Shown piece by piece: positions 1-14,009 of a stretch of 64,000 bases of DNA. Under the pieces are notes generated by a model. It saw only the letters and a program-made list of their open reading frames with translations, did not search any database and was not told the DNA's origin. A program made the position numbers and the translations under genes. Where the stretch lies: contig NC_058368.1 in the NCBI RefSeq assembly GCF_018350175.1, forward strand, positions 217,498,001-217,562,000, read 5' to 3'. Each line of letters begins with the position of its first letter. The stretch's first letter is position 1. Origin of the DNA: Felis catus (taxonomy: Eukaryota).

Positions 1-184
1 AGAAATTATAGTAACACAGAAGGCCCCTCTATGGCAGTAGCTGAGTTAAAATTACAGCCAAAGCATTCTCCTAGATATTGTGGATAAAACAAATTTGCTG
101 TAGTTACGATTGTTATATAAAGCATAATGTGGGTTTTTTTAATCCTTAGAAATGTCATATTTTTGTTTTCTCTAAGAACGCTTC

Positions 185-520
185 CTCCTGGGTTCCCCAG
201 AAAACAGGATCTGAAGACCTGAAATCAACAGGAAGGTAATCTGTGTAGACACATTCTCAGAAAGGTCACCTGTTGACGGGAGGGAAGGATTGGACAGGGC
301 TGGGGAACAGGATTTGGATATTGTGGCCACAGAAGACTAAACCTGGACGAAGTTCAGCTTAGGATCTAGAATGGACCTTGAGACAAAGAGACCAGGACCC
401 TAAACTCCCGCAGAATTAGTCACTGGATATGGGCTCTGGGGAGAACAATACGTAGCCTTGGGCAAAGTGGTTCTCTTCCCCATAAGAACAACTCCCGGGG
501 AGGGTTTCAGCTTTCACCAT
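185..520. mobile_element. Ancient degenerate LTR fragment (ERVL/MaLR-like)
   Basis: More GC-rich block starting ctgggttccccagaaaacag...ctgaaga, a motif typical of old ERVL-class LTRs; subfamily not resolved. Confidence 0.35.
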
Positions 521-1006
521 ACTGTCAATTTGTATCTACCAACACTATTCTGCATGAACTTAGGCATGTTCAAAACTTCACCGTATTATTTAAAGTTTAG
601 CATTGTTTTCATAATTAATAATATATAATAGTGCCTTAAGGATTGGGAAATATCAGAAAATTTTCATCCCTTTTAAATCATGAAAATGCTATTTGTTAAT
701 TTTTCTATGCTGTTGCTGATGTTGATGGCTCATAAATATGTATGTTGTTAAATCTGTGTATGATATTTGCCAAAAAAGCATTACCAAAGATATGATTATG
801 CCCTCATAATTTCTTGAGAAAACTTCCATATAAAATCGGTGAAATCGATTTTATCCTATCCTGTAACACGTATATGATAATGTTAGAGGAACACATAAGT
901 ATCTGGTGACTGAAGCTCCCCCCGCCCCCATATGTTGAGTTGTATAGTTACTCAGTTAAGAAATTCTACAAAAATAAGCACCTATTATGTACTAAGGACA
1001 GATATA

Positions 1007-1327
1007 CTGTTGGCCCTTACACAATGCAGGGGTTAGGAGTGCTGACTCCCCATGCAGTTGAAAATCTGTGAATAACTTTTAACTCCCCAAACACTAAACT
1101 ACTAATAGCTGGAATCCTTACCAATAACATAAACAGTCGATTAACACCTGTTTTGTATGTTATAGGTATTATACTATATTTTTACAATAAAGGAAGCTAG
1201 AGCAAAAAATATATATAATTAATAAGATCATAAGAAAGAGAAAATACATTTATAATACTGCATTGTGAAAAGTCTGTGTATACGTGGATGCATGCAGTTC
1301 AAACCCATGTTGTTCAAGGGCCACTTG
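1007..1327. mobile_element. Tigger2a/MER28-like non-autonomous DNA transposon (TcMar-Tigger)
   Basis: Degenerate terminal inverted repeats (ctgttggcccttacacaa ... gttgttcaagggccacttg) flanked by TA at 1005-1006 and 1328-1329; internal sequence matches the recalled Tigger2a consensus (aactactaatagc...aacataaacagtcgattaacac). Confidence 0.8.
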
Positions 1328-2384
1328 TATAAAGTATCTTGCACTTGTGGGAGCCAACTTCTGGAAATTAGGGATTCCTTTCTTTAATTAGATTCTCTTT
1401 ATCTTTAAAAAATGCACTGGTGTAAAATAACATGTTTTTTTGTTTTTTGTTTTTTTTTTTTTTAGAAAGGGAGCTTTTTTTTTTTTAAATCTCATGATAA
1501 TTGCTAAGTTTTTATATATGCACTGTAACTTTAGGGATATCATTCAGTAAGCTGTAAAAAGTAACTATGAGTTTATAATTTAAAACATCTATTTGTGAGT
1601 GAATGCATAGTGACATTTTGTCTTTGCCTTATTGAAATCATTTTATTTCTTGGAGTCAGCTAACAATTGGCAGTGGTTGTGTAGATAGTACTGTACCTCT
1701 TTCCAAAAGATACATTGTATATTCCTAGAGTGAAGTTCTTGTCTCTTAATACAAACTTAATTCTAGTGTAACTTCCAGTAGGACTTTATACAAGGCTTTC
1801 CCTCTGGCTTCTCCAAGTTTTCAAATTGAACCAAAAAAGTTACATAAAATGTTAATGTTTAGATATAAATTTCTGAATACAAAGTCATGTGAGAAAACTA
1901 AACATGATTTTTGGAACTTAATCATTGTGAAAATAGTAGAACACAGAATAAAGTTTAAGTAATTTTTCAGATGTAATTTTTAGAGGGATAGGCCTAAAGT
2001 CTGAGGAAGTAAGAAAAGAAGAAAAAGAAGAAATGTGTAGAATAGTATATATGTGTACAGAGAAAATTCTGTGTTTTCTAACATTTTATTTAAAATGTTC
2101 GAACATTTTGCAAAGGAGAAATGATTTACTGTGAATACCCATCATTACCATTAATATTTTACTATAATATTTTACATTAATCCAGCTCTCTTCCACCCGT
2201 TTCTTTTTTTGTTTTTAATGTTAGTCATGTTATGATTTTAAATTATTAATCAAGATTCTCACAATAGTTATGCAGATTACTGCAAAAATATTTTCTCATT
2301 CAATCCTGCCCTAAACTATTCTATTTAAAACTGGAATCCTCCCAACAAAAACAAACACACATGCACATATGCACGCGGGTGTAT

Positions 2385-2385
<1 letters not shown>

Positions 2386-2416
<31 letters not shown>
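2386..2416 (+). repeat. (CA)n microsatellite
   Basis: Direct observation. Confidence 0.95.
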
Positions 2417-2419
<3 letters not shown>

Positions 2420-4024
2420 GGGTCCAAATTCCCATTGCACCCATCTACATTTTTACAAAACCTTAACACTTCCCAACTTGCTATGAGAATGTAAACACCA
2501 TAAAGATGCTTATTTAGTGGCAGTTTCTGTCTTTTGCTTGATAATTTATTTCAAAATTTCAGAAAAGAGCATGGTTCATAATATGAACTCAATATATATT
2601 GTTTCTCTTTCATTGTACGTATAGATGATGAAAAAAGATGTCTCACTGCACAGTATCCTTACATTTACACAATACTACTACAAGTTTCTGTATGCAATTG
2701 TGTAATTTAAAGATACTCATATAATTACAAATTGATCCAAAAGCCCCTTCCCTATAGTGTCCTCTATTAATTTATCTTTTTTTTTCATTTTTTTCCCTAA
2801 AGCTCTGTTTTTATGTAGATCTGGAGATCTAACTTCCATGGCATCATTTTAATTAAGAATAACTGCAAATAACCCAATTTTATCTTTAGTGTGCATTACC
2901 ATCATCATTGTCATTTTCTATTTGCTTATTCTGCCATTACGTATGGTTGTTTCTACCACTTGCTTCTACTTCATTTAGTTGTTTCTAGTACTTCTATGTT
3001 AGCATAGATATCAAAATTAATAAGGGAACTGAAAGCCAGGGACACATAAACGGTCTCTCTTTCCTCCCTTTCTCTGTCTCTCTCTCTCTCTGTGTCTCTA
3101 AAATTATGTATGGAAGACCAATAAACTTTCAAGATCAAAAGAGTAACGTTAGAATGACAAAGCAGTAGGTTGGGCTTTTAAGCGCCCCCCCCCCCAACCC
3201 GTCATACCCTGAAACTGACATAAAGCCAGCCTCCTAAGCTACTGGTTCTAAGCTGTGGAGCACTTTGCTGTTTTGACAATCTGTTTATTATGATGAGGTT
3301 TCAGCTTTGACTTAATCTTGACATCAGTTGGCTTTTTAGCTGAAATCTGCAATTGAGATGGTGAAGCTGTCACTCTTGTTGACCTTTTAACAGCCTGGTG
3401 ACAGAGAGTCATCTCCTTTTGCTAGACTTTAGTTAACCAGAGATTCTGTGGGCCAGTTTAAATCAGAGATTTGGAAACACAAGCTAACAAACTGACAAAT
3501 AGGATTAAAACATTCAATGTGTGAAAACATGGTTGTTATTCTAGCAGATGATAGAAGAATTTGGGGTTGGCTTGCATAAGCTGCTTTTCAAAGCACATGA
3601 GCCAAATTCAGCAGATAATTTTTCATTTCTCCCTTTGACTTTGCTTGCGTAGATTCCTCCTGAAAGTAAAACTATTCAATTCTAGAACTGAATATTTTAG
3701 ACTGAAGTCTTTCCTCATAAAATTCAAGTGCAGTGTGGAAATTGGATATCACAAGTAAAAAAGAAAACTATAAAAGAGAGTGTTTACTATGCCTTCAATA
3801 TAAAATATTTTTTAATATATTGCAATGATAAATGTTTTAAAATTGTTAAAGCATAAAAAATCCATAACACCAATAATATTTTCAAACATATATAATAGAT
3901 TGTTTATAGAGTAATTTTCTAGTTACCTTAGTATAATCTAATCTTGAAATTCTGAAAATATTAAACTATTTATTAGTATTTATTCCTTAAGTTTAGGGAC
4001 ACAATTTTAAGAAAGAGTGCTTAA

Positions 4025-4241
4025 GGGGGACACCTGGGTGACTCAGTCAGTTGAATGTCCGACTCTTGATTTCAGCTCAGGTCATGATCTTGGGGTTTGT
4101 GGAATGGAGCCCCGTGTGGTCAGTGTGGAGCCTGATTGGCATTCCCTCTCCCTCTCTCCCTGCCCCTCCCTCACTTGCACTCTCTGTCTTTCTCTCAAAA
4201 TGAGTAAATAAACATTAAAAACAAAAAAAAACTTTAAAAAA
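4025..4241 (+). mobile_element. Can-SINE (older, small internal deletion)
   Basis: GGGGGACACCTGGGTG head, CT-rich tract, A tail; TSD AAAGAGTGCTTA at 4012-4023 and 4242-4253. Confidence 0.93.
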
Positions 4242-5362
4242 AAAGAGTGCTTATGGTATACATTTTATTTTTGTTAAAAATCTCACTCTTAAGATTTGTA
4301 TGATTACCCTATGGTATTTTTAGAAAAAGCATTTTCATGATCCATATTTGGGATCATATTTCCTCTTTCCTTACAATTTCCCCTTGCAATCCTTTTCCAT
4401 TACATGCCTAATTCATATTAATCCTTTAATAGTAATTCTACTTCATCATTATAATAAATCATTTTAATGAGCATTTTTAAAAACACTTCTGACATTCTTA
4501 TCAAGCATTTAATAGCGCAAATTAAGTAAATGGCAAATTATGATTTCATTTGTATTCACTGTAATGTTATTCATCAGACATTATTTTGGCATTTGTATGA
4601 ATGCAGCCCTCTATTTCCATGGAAATTTATTTTTATTTTGTTCTTAATTGAGTCAACTTGACTCATTGTTCTAGATGGTTTAGTTAGTAGGCTCAGAGTA
4701 CCTAAGAAATAATTCAGGTACAAATGGGAGAAAAGAATCTCCACCCTTTTAACAAGTGTTTGTTTGGCCTATAATAATTAAAGTTTTGGAAAATTTACAT
4801 AGCTTACAGAATTTCTGCCTTATCCTCATAAAAATGGTTTGGGGGTTGCAGGGATAAATTTTGCATTTAAAGTGTGTTCTACAGTTTAAGGGCCATTTAA
4901 CTTTCATATTGTGCTTGTTGCACTAATTTTTAGTAGCTTCTTATCTCTTGCAGATCAATGAGACTGCATTGTCTACAACACAGACTTTCTTGAAGAGTAC
5001 TGGGGACATCTTATCACTTTGTCACCTGTTTAGACTGTTTTGCCACGCATCAAAATTGGTTCTAATCTCAGTCTAGGTACAGGACCTTACATAACCAATA
5101 CTGCTATCAGTAGACAAGTGATTAGGTAAAGTACAATTCATTAGGGTTTTAGTAAGCCAAGAAGGAAATACTTGTAATTGAATCAACCATTTGCCTGGAC
5201 TAAGCCCTTGGTCTTGATTACAAGAAGTATACTCTCCCACCAGATGGATATTGTGGAAAGTGGATTAGCTACTTGTGATTCCCTGTGTTCATGATAATTG
5301 CTAGATCTCAGAAAAATGTTTGAATTGGGAAAATGTTATGTGTCCAGTTTGGTCACAGAAAA

Positions 5363-6362
5363 CAAAAGTACTCTGTTTAGAAATGACGGTGTATCATGAT
5401 AAAAATAATATAATAATGATGGTAAAAGTAAATTACAGTTATTGAATTGGTTTTGAAGGCATAGTCAGAAGAAAAAAATTTAAATATTCCAACTATTATA
5501 GTCATTGATGGTGACTGTTTTGTTTTGTTTTTCTTCCTTTCCACATTTCCTGACATTTTAAGAATCCAATGTGATGACATCTACATTGTGAATTATGCTT
5601 CACATTAGGAGGTAAAGTGATTACTCCTTTACGTTAGCTGTCATTGTACATTCTCTTTAGTCTTTTCAGATATGAGCGTGGGAGAGCCGGAATAGAATTA
5701 GCAGCCAGTACTAAAGCTGAAAGGAGAGAGAAGAGACTCTATTCTGGGGTAAATGGGAGGTGTCTGAACAACCTCCATTGGAAACTGAACATGTACTGTT
5801 TTTGTGTCTATCTGAAATTCTTCTGAGAGATGAAGGACAGAATGGGCTTCCAAACTACAAATCTTGAACTGAGATTGATATGAGAGACAGTGACATAAAT
5901 TTGAAGGGGCCACGTCAGAAAAGAATCCAGACATTATTGTTACTAAATCAGAGCAGAAAGGAGAACTCAAGTGATTCCTTAAAATGAAATGTAATGGATG
6001 ATGGTTGTAGAGATGGATCTTTTGTTCCTTGTCTGTTTGTAGCAGGATATTTTCAGACTCATTCATAGAGAAGGGACAAGCTGTTAAGGAAAGCAAGCCA
6101 GTTCAGAAAAAAGAAAGAAAAAAAGACCTGGGACAGGCCAGGGTCTAAATAGTGAACTTTTGGTCTAATTAATTATGAGGAGTCTGCTTTGGCTCTGTTG
6201 CACGAGTATAATAATATTCTTTAAATCTGTTTTCCTAGGATTTGATAAAAGAAGTATATTTTTAGATAATGACTCTTAAAGCAAAAGTACTCTTTTTAGA
6301 AATGACTGTGTATCATGATAAAAATAATATAATAATGATAGTGAAAGTAAATTACGATTATT
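5363..6362 (+). repeat. Dispersed direct repeat of about 80 bp (5363-5443 and 6282-6362)
   Basis: 4 mismatches over the first 74 bp; offset 919 bp. Confidence 0.92.
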
Positions 6363-7930
6363 AAATAACTATTATGTTCAAGACATTGTACTAAGCAGTA
6401 TATGAACATATTTTCATTCACCCTCTTAAAATTTTTCTAATCACCATATTCTAAAAAACAAATGTGATATTGGAAGCACTATGTCGTTTGATCAAGGTCC
6501 CAGAGTACTACAGAAAGCTAGAATATAGGCTGAGTGTGTTTGTCTCTCATCTTTTGAGCATTGATGTCTTCTACCACTATCACCTCATCTCTATATGTTT
6601 ACTTTGAAGGTAGCTTTACTCTGTGGGTAACTTTTTGCAAGCCTTCATAGAGAAACCGGTTTATTTTTCTATAAAAAAATCATTTTAAGGTCTTTTTATT
6701 TTAAGTATTCTCACTAAAATACCTTCGCATGTATCAACTTAATGATTAAATTTTACATGCACCAACTCAAGTCAAAATCAAAGACAAATATTAATAGAAG
6801 GCTTTCAAGCATTCACAATGGAGTATTAAGAGGAATTCAATATAAGGAAAATGAGTTGAAGTTTTCCTTTTCATTTTAAATAATTACTTGCTGACTCCCT
6901 AACTTTTGGGGGGAGGCAGATTCAGAAATTTCAGGCTCTGGATTTGGTATTTGTTCTAATTTACATAATTTAAAGCAAAGTAAGTTTTATTGTTGAAGCT
7001 TCCTATACAACAAAGGAACATTTTTAGGTTAGATGAAAATGCATGTATTCTGCTAGTCATGAAACTAGAATTATTTTCCTTCATGCTTAGTAAAATGCTT
7101 CTTAGGATATAAAATATTCTACTTTTAAGTAATAAATACTCAAATTTTTTCTTCATTCCTTTTTAAACCTTTTGTATTACTTCTAGGTATTTCTAAATAG
7201 GCTTCTATTTGGAAATAGACATCAGTATTTCTGTATTGTGGAAAGAAAGGTGTTTTATTTAACTTTGATTCCTTTCTTATTCTATAGCTTATATTTGACT
7301 TTGGATATGAAGATAAGAAGCATGAATATTTCAGGCCAGTAACTGCTAACACAGTTTTAACCACAAAGGAACTTAGTAGTTGGTGTCAAAGTGTCCAGGT
7401 ATTTGTTAATTTGACTCTGGTAATATGACTGCATATCATGTCCTTACACTTTGGAGCAGAGATTTATAAGAAATCACGTATTTGAAAAAAATTTTAAAAA
7501 GGTGATGTTTATGCAATTAAAAAAATAGTCCTCATCCTAAAGTTGGCTCATATCATTCATTCAAATTAACCTCCTGTCAACTCAGAAAGTCCTATGAGAA
7601 TCAAATAGCCCCAGGGACACCATAGTCCAGTCAATAACATGCCAATAAAGCCAGCAGTTCTTATAAACAGTAAGGGCATGACCATTAATATCTGTACTTT
7701 TTCTGGACTTCTAATCAGGATAGACTTAGGAACATCTCGTGTTAATTCTGCAATGCCTGGGGGGAATTTACAGTTTTGTTTTCTCAATAGACCAAACTGT
7801 TAGTACTTATCCAAGCTTATACCTCAAACTCTTAACCATGAATTTATCACCACTATTTTTTTTCATAAGTTGAAGTTTTTTGAGACATTATTTAAGTAGA
7901 CTGGGGGCAAATTAATATATCTGATCCTAA

Positions 7931-8140
7931 GGGGGTGACTGGTTGCTCAGTTGGTACAGCATTGGGCTCTTGATTTCACCTCTGGTCATGATCCAAGGGT
8001 CCTGGGATCGAACCCTTTGTCAGTCTCTGCACTGAGTGTGGAGCCTGCTTAAGATTCTCTCTCTGTCTCTCTCTCTGTCCCTCTCCCTTGCTTGCGTACA
8101 TGTGCACACTCTCTGTCTCTCTTTCTATCTCGTAAGCAAA
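7931..8140 (+). mobile_element. Can-SINE (old, diverged)
   Basis: tRNA-like head with A/B boxes (gctcagttgg, ggatcgaaccc) and CT tract. Confidence 0.88.
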
Positions 8141-10144
8141 ATAGAACTAATCTTAATATACAGTTATTCAAATGCTAAAATAGATCTAAAAGAAAAGCCA
8201 GCCCCAATATGGGGAAAATGATCTAGGTTATTCTAAATTCTCAAATTTATGCCATCATCTCTAGCTCTGAAAAATAAATCTAGTTTTCTTATCAGAATGG
8301 TGGCTGATTAGTTTTTAGCTAAATATGTCATTAAAATTAAAATATCAAAGTAAAGAATACTGCAAATAAAAAACACCAAAGAATCACTTATCTATTGTGT
8401 TAAATTTGTTAGATTAATTTCAATGAAAAAACTAAATAAAGAACTTTCCACATAAGAATAGCAAGTATGTTTATAAGGATGGAGGAATAAAGCCATTCAT
8501 ATAGCTAAAATTCTACCTCAAATTAAAAATAAAATGGAAAGCTTTACAAAATGAGGCTACATTGTGAGGATGAAAGCCTTACAGTTAGAATGAAAATATG
8601 GATTTCCTTATTACATATAGGAAGTGTTGGATGTCTACATACTGAAAGTGCATAAAAAGTCTCCAAGTATGAATATTTTTGCTCAAATAAACTATTTTAT
8701 CAAGTCCCATTTGCTAGTATTCCCTAAGCACTACTGAGCATTGTACATTATCATTACACACATTAAGACCTTTTATATGCTTCAGTTATTTATGAATCAT
8801 TGGTAGATTTGTAAGTCAGAAAACAATGGAAATTGTGAAAATCAATATTCAATAATCATATTAGTTTACACAAATTATTAAAGGCAGTATTACTAATCTC
8901 TCCTTAAATGTAATTGGATTCAAATACTATACTAAAAAGTAATTTTTGATACTTTCTCTGTAACTAAGAAAAATTGTATTTTCATTAATGTTTCTACTTA
9001 TAATTTTCAAATATTTAATTTAGAACTGAAAACAATATTTTCTAATAGGTAATAAATTATAAACTATTACACTGTATAGCCAAAACTGTATTTATGATTT
9101 AGGGATGAGTTTTAGACTTTAAGTAAATAGTGAGAGCATTTATGTAAGGAAGTAAGAAATGTTGAGTTTGTATAGCTGAATTATTAGGGGCTGACATTTT
9201 TAATACTTCCAGATTATTCTACAGGTTAAATCTTTACAAAAAATGAGAAACAGAAATCTGAACTAGAAAATTTTTTTAATTGATATTGTACCTCTATTAT
9301 TTATGCATTACAAAATTGGTACTTTTCTTGGACATTTGCACATTAAATATTAAATTTAGCACTTGGTTGAGAATAAGAGGCCACACAGTTCATCTTAAAT
9401 ATACAACTATGAAAAAGGGCAGGGAATTTTGCATGTTTAACAGAAATAGCTTCCCTTCCCATCCATTTCTACCCAAAGCACATCTATATCTGATACTCAA
9501 ATCTACAATTAAAAGGAAGCAGTCATTGTACTTGGGGGAAAAAAGATAATACCACATGATTTGCTGCATATAAGTAAAGGTAGATTGAACATAAAATAAT
9601 GAGAAAGTAAAGACATACCATGCAAGTATTAATTATAAGGAACACTGTAGTAACTCTGACAATATCAGGAAAAAAAAAGTAGACTACAAGAAACAGAATA
9701 TTTTCATAGATAAAGATAACACTTCATCATGATGAAAGACTTAATCAAAAGAGATTGAAGCAGTCTATCTCTTCATCATTAATGAAAAAGTAAAAATCAT
9801 TGAAATATATAATGGACAAGCAATATAGAAAATCAATGAAATTAAAGATGGTTGTTTGAAAACCTCAGTAAAATCAATAAATCTCTAAGAAAATATAAAT
9901 GGTACAAACTACTAATACCAATAATGAAAGAAGAGAAAGAAACTCTAATTTTATAAAGCCAGAATTACTGTTACACAAATCTAACCAAAAATATCATGAG
10001 AGGAAAAACTGTGATCTTTTCAAGGAATGTAGAAAATTATTTCACCAAATTCAACACCCAGAAAACTAGGAATAAAGGAAAATTTCTTCTACCCGATGAA
10101 GGACAGTATGAAAAATCAGCAGCAGTCACCATGGTTAATAGTGA

Positions 10145-10356
10145 GCATTCGGTGTTGTACGTAAGTGATGAGCCACGGGGATCTACCCCAAAAACCAAGA
10201 GCACACTTTACACACTGTATGTTAGCCAGTTTGACAATAAATTATATTAAAAAATAAATAAAATAAAATAAAATAAAATAAAATAAAATAAAATAAAATA
10301 AAATAAAATAGAAGCAAATCATACAGTCAAAAAACCCAAAAACAAAAACAAAAAAA
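10145..10356 (+). mobile_element. Severely 5'-truncated felid L1 3' end with (AAATA)n tail, 18 nt of extra sequence and a second A tail
   Basis: 3'UTR terminus (ggtgttgtacgtaagtgatg...tttgacaataaattatatt) is homologous to the L1 end at 23060-23105; TSD AATAGTGA at 10137-10144 and 10357-10364. Confidence 0.85.
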
Positions 10357-10620
10357 AATAGTGAAAACTATAATATTTTCTCCTGATGAAACAATGATTT
10401 CCACTCATACTCTCATTTAGTTTTTCATTGCAGGTTCCACCCAGTACATTAAGGCAAGGAAAAGGAAGAAAATGCATACAGATTATAAAATGTAAAACTC
10501 TCTTGAATCATAATAATCATATGTATTTAATATAAGTGAATATCCTAAATCTAAAAAACCTATTAGAAATAAGTAAATTAGCAAGGCCATAGGACATAAA
10601 ATCGATATACAACAATTAAA

Positions 10621-10825
10621 ATTTTTTTTAACATTTATTTATTATTAAGAGACAGAGAGAGACTGAGCATGAGCATGGGAGAGGCCAAGAGATGGGGAAA
10701 CACAGAATCTGAAGCAGGCTCCAGGCTCTGAGCTGTCAGCATAGAGCCCAATACCGGTCTCGAACTCCCAGACCAAGAGATCAGGACCTGAGCCGAAGTC
10801 GGATGCTTAACCCAGGCGCCTCTCA
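10621..10825 (-). mobile_element. Can-SINE (SINEC_Fc-like)
   Basis: 16-bp TSD ATATACAACAATTAAA at 10605-10620 and 10826-10841; short deletion in the head. Confidence 0.95.
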
Positions 10826-13800
10826 ATATACAACAATTAAATAAAAGACAAATATTTAGGGTTAAGTCTAAGAACCTAGAATTAAAAAAAGAAAGACAGA
10901 AAGAACAAAGGTGGAGGGCCTAACTTAACCTGATTTCAAGATACACTATAAAGCCATAGCAATCAAGAGAACGTGACATCAATATAGATATAAACATCAA
11001 CTGAACAGAACAGAAGGCCCACAAAGACATTCACATACACAATCATCTGAAACTCTATAAAGGTGCCAATATAATTCAATTGGGGAAAGATTCTTTACCA
11101 AGAAAATAAAAAGGGTGCTGAACTTTGATATACTCTTAAGATAAAAACAGGAATCTTTACAGAATTATACACATCTTTCGTATCCTTAGATACTCTTAAG
11201 CCATAAAAAAGAACAGACTACTGATCCACACAAAGCATTATGTGGAAGAGGTCAGATCCAAACATGGAACATTCTGGATTATCACATCTATGTAAAGTTC
11301 TAGAACAATGAAAAAAAAACTTTACATCAAACTGTATTCATCTGCAGGAAGAAATAAGTTTTGTTTAGGTAAATATCTCACTTTGGGTCTTTGATTTCCT
11401 GATTTTAATAAATCTTTATAAATCCATTCCTAAAAGAGGAAATCTAAGACAGAATTCTTTGACCTGTGGTTAAATTAATTACATTACTTTTGTTCACTTT
11501 ATTTAACTACTGGAGTCTCAAAAATGTGTGTATGTTGTGGTAGGTGACACTTCTTATAATATTCATTTGGCTAAAAATTTTAGAACAAAAATAATGAAAA
11601 AATTGGTTGTGCTTTCAATTTGGTCAAAAACAAGCACCTCTAATTAGGAGTTTTTATCTGGGGTGACATTAAAAATATTAAAAGTATAAGTGTATAAATA
11701 TTGCCAAAATTTTTCTTTCCATTCCTCTCTTCTTTTTTGGTATTGCTTCAGATTTCAGTCTGGTGTTGTATTGGACAAGGAGTTACAGATTTGAAGAAAT
11801 TAAAAAACAAAATTAAGAAACAAAAGGGGTAGTAAGCTTTGTATAGCTAGTGCTTGGAGAGAGAAAAAGATAAAGGAAGAGAAAGAATTAGGACATAGTA
11901 AGTGACTGGGAAAAGGGTTTGGGAAGTTATGGAAAAATGAGATATGAATAACAGAACTAACCTGAATGGAACATCAATCAGGAGGAAGATTTTAAAGAGA
12001 TTTTGCTATATTTCCAATGTTATTATTTGGCTTTTTTTTCCATTCTCAAGAGAAACTTAATATAAAGCTACATTAATTTATACTATAAAAATCAGATTTA
12101 AGATTGTTTTTATCATTCTTATGCAGAGCTTTTCTTCAAATGGCTCAATTTCATTTGTATCCTTCATATATTCAGTTAGGATATGACATTACAAAATTTA
12201 GACATTTTGATGTCTTTAATGTTTATTCATCAGAATTCGTCCCTGTCATTCTTAGTTGTAACATTTTTTAAGTTTTGAAAATTGGGTATAGTTTCCAGTT
12301 AAATAGTTCTGTCAAAAAAAAACTCATAATATTAAATAATTAGAAATGAATCTCTTACAATAGGAAAATTGTTGATGGAATATAGTTGGTTTAAAAAAAA
12401 AGGCCTATACACTGAACGCAAAAATTATAAAAATCGATAGCTATGATAATGTGGTTTTTACTATTTTGCAAGAAATCATTGCCCAAACATTAAATTAAAA
12501 TTCCATCAAACATGCTACAATACAAAAACTTACATTCTGTTTTATTCTTTCCCCCCTAAATTAACAACTTTTTTTTTAATTCGGAAAGTAGAACAAACTC
12601 ATCATAAGAAAATCAGAAAATATGGATATGACAAAAGAATATACAGAACAATCATGATCTCATTCATCCTATGTTGGGTTTGGTGTTTATCCTTCTATAT
12701 TCCTTTACTTGTATATTATTATTCATAGTATTATTGCATAAGATATATTGTGCCTGCTATGCATAAATTTGCCATAATTGGTTGAACAATTCCTCTGTAT
12801 TGGGGCTGTAAGGTTTTGTGTGGTTGGTGTGAGATGAGTTAGTGACTAAGACTGAAAACAGTATTCACCAACTTGCCCTACATTCCTGTGGCCAGATTTT
12901 AGTCTCATGACTGTCACCAGAGACATGGGGCATGAAAAATGTGATCCATCAGCACTAGTGGGCTTCTAGATCTTCCCAATGATGAGTAGAGAGCAAGATA
13001 TAGAAATAATTACCTAAAATTTAACATCTGTGAGGTATATCAATCAAATTGAAACAGAACAAATAAACTTATTTAAAATACAGATCAGTACAAATTTCTC
13101 AAACTAGTATGTTAAAAGTGAAATGAGTGAGGGTAATCATTTTGACCAATCCTAATTATAAAAGACCTATTTGGATAAAATATAATTTAATATATTCCTT
13201 AGATTTTTATTCTATCTATATTTATCCTATGCAGTTAAAAAAATCTAATGTACCCACTGAATTGCTTGTCTCTATAAAGAATCGAGTTTTAAGAACTTAA
13301 AAATTAAACAAAAATATCATAAAAGATTTTTTTTTAACTTCCAAAGAGCTCAGAAGTGAGGGGGAAAGATCCTTCAGTTTAAGCAGTGTCATATTCTGTC
13401 TGAAAATCAGTTTCTCCTTGATATGTTTTTCCTGCAGCAAAGTATTCTGACAGAGTCAAGTGTAATTGAACAAAAAGTGAAATTATTTCCTTTTATACAA
13501 AGGATGCCACCCAATATTTGAATTTATATGTAACCTTGAATTGTCATTTCCTTTTATATTCAAGGTATGCCTATTGATTAGCTTGCAAATTTTGTCACAA
13601 GTGTGACCCTGTCTTCATAGATAGTTACTGTTAAAAATACTATTGTGAAAAAAAAAATAAATAAAAATACCATTGTGTCACACTTTCTATCTTGTCCTGA
13701 TGGCAAATAAAATTAGAATTGGAATAGTTCAATCAGGATTGTGGCTTGGGTCAACATTAAAGTTAAAGATATGTTCACAAACCTAAGATCTATGAGGAGA

Positions 13801-14009
13801 AGCATTGTCATGTTCAAGGCCATATCCTTGGCACTTCTATATCCTATCACATATTAAGTATTCAACAAATATTTGATAAGTGAGATAGTAAGGTTTTTTG
13901 TCCTCCTAGCTCTGAGATGTGTAAGCTTTTATTTGGGAAATAAATGACATATCTTTTTCTCTGGTTTTGCCATGTATAGAAGGAGGCAATGCTTATACGA
14001 TGGTGATTT

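Larger units (their letters stand above)
9560..11330 (+). mobile_element. Old degraded LINE-1 (L1M-type) ORF2/3' fragments hosting two younger insertions
   Basis: A-rich strand with decayed L1 ORF2 motifs (taacctgatttcaagatacactataaagccatagcaatcaag; aaatcagcagcagtcaccatggttaatagtgaaaact). Confidence 0.7.

Noticed and set aside
5698..6096. 132-aa ORF
   Set aside because: Non-ATG start, no recognisable family, and it overlaps probable ancient L2-like sequence.
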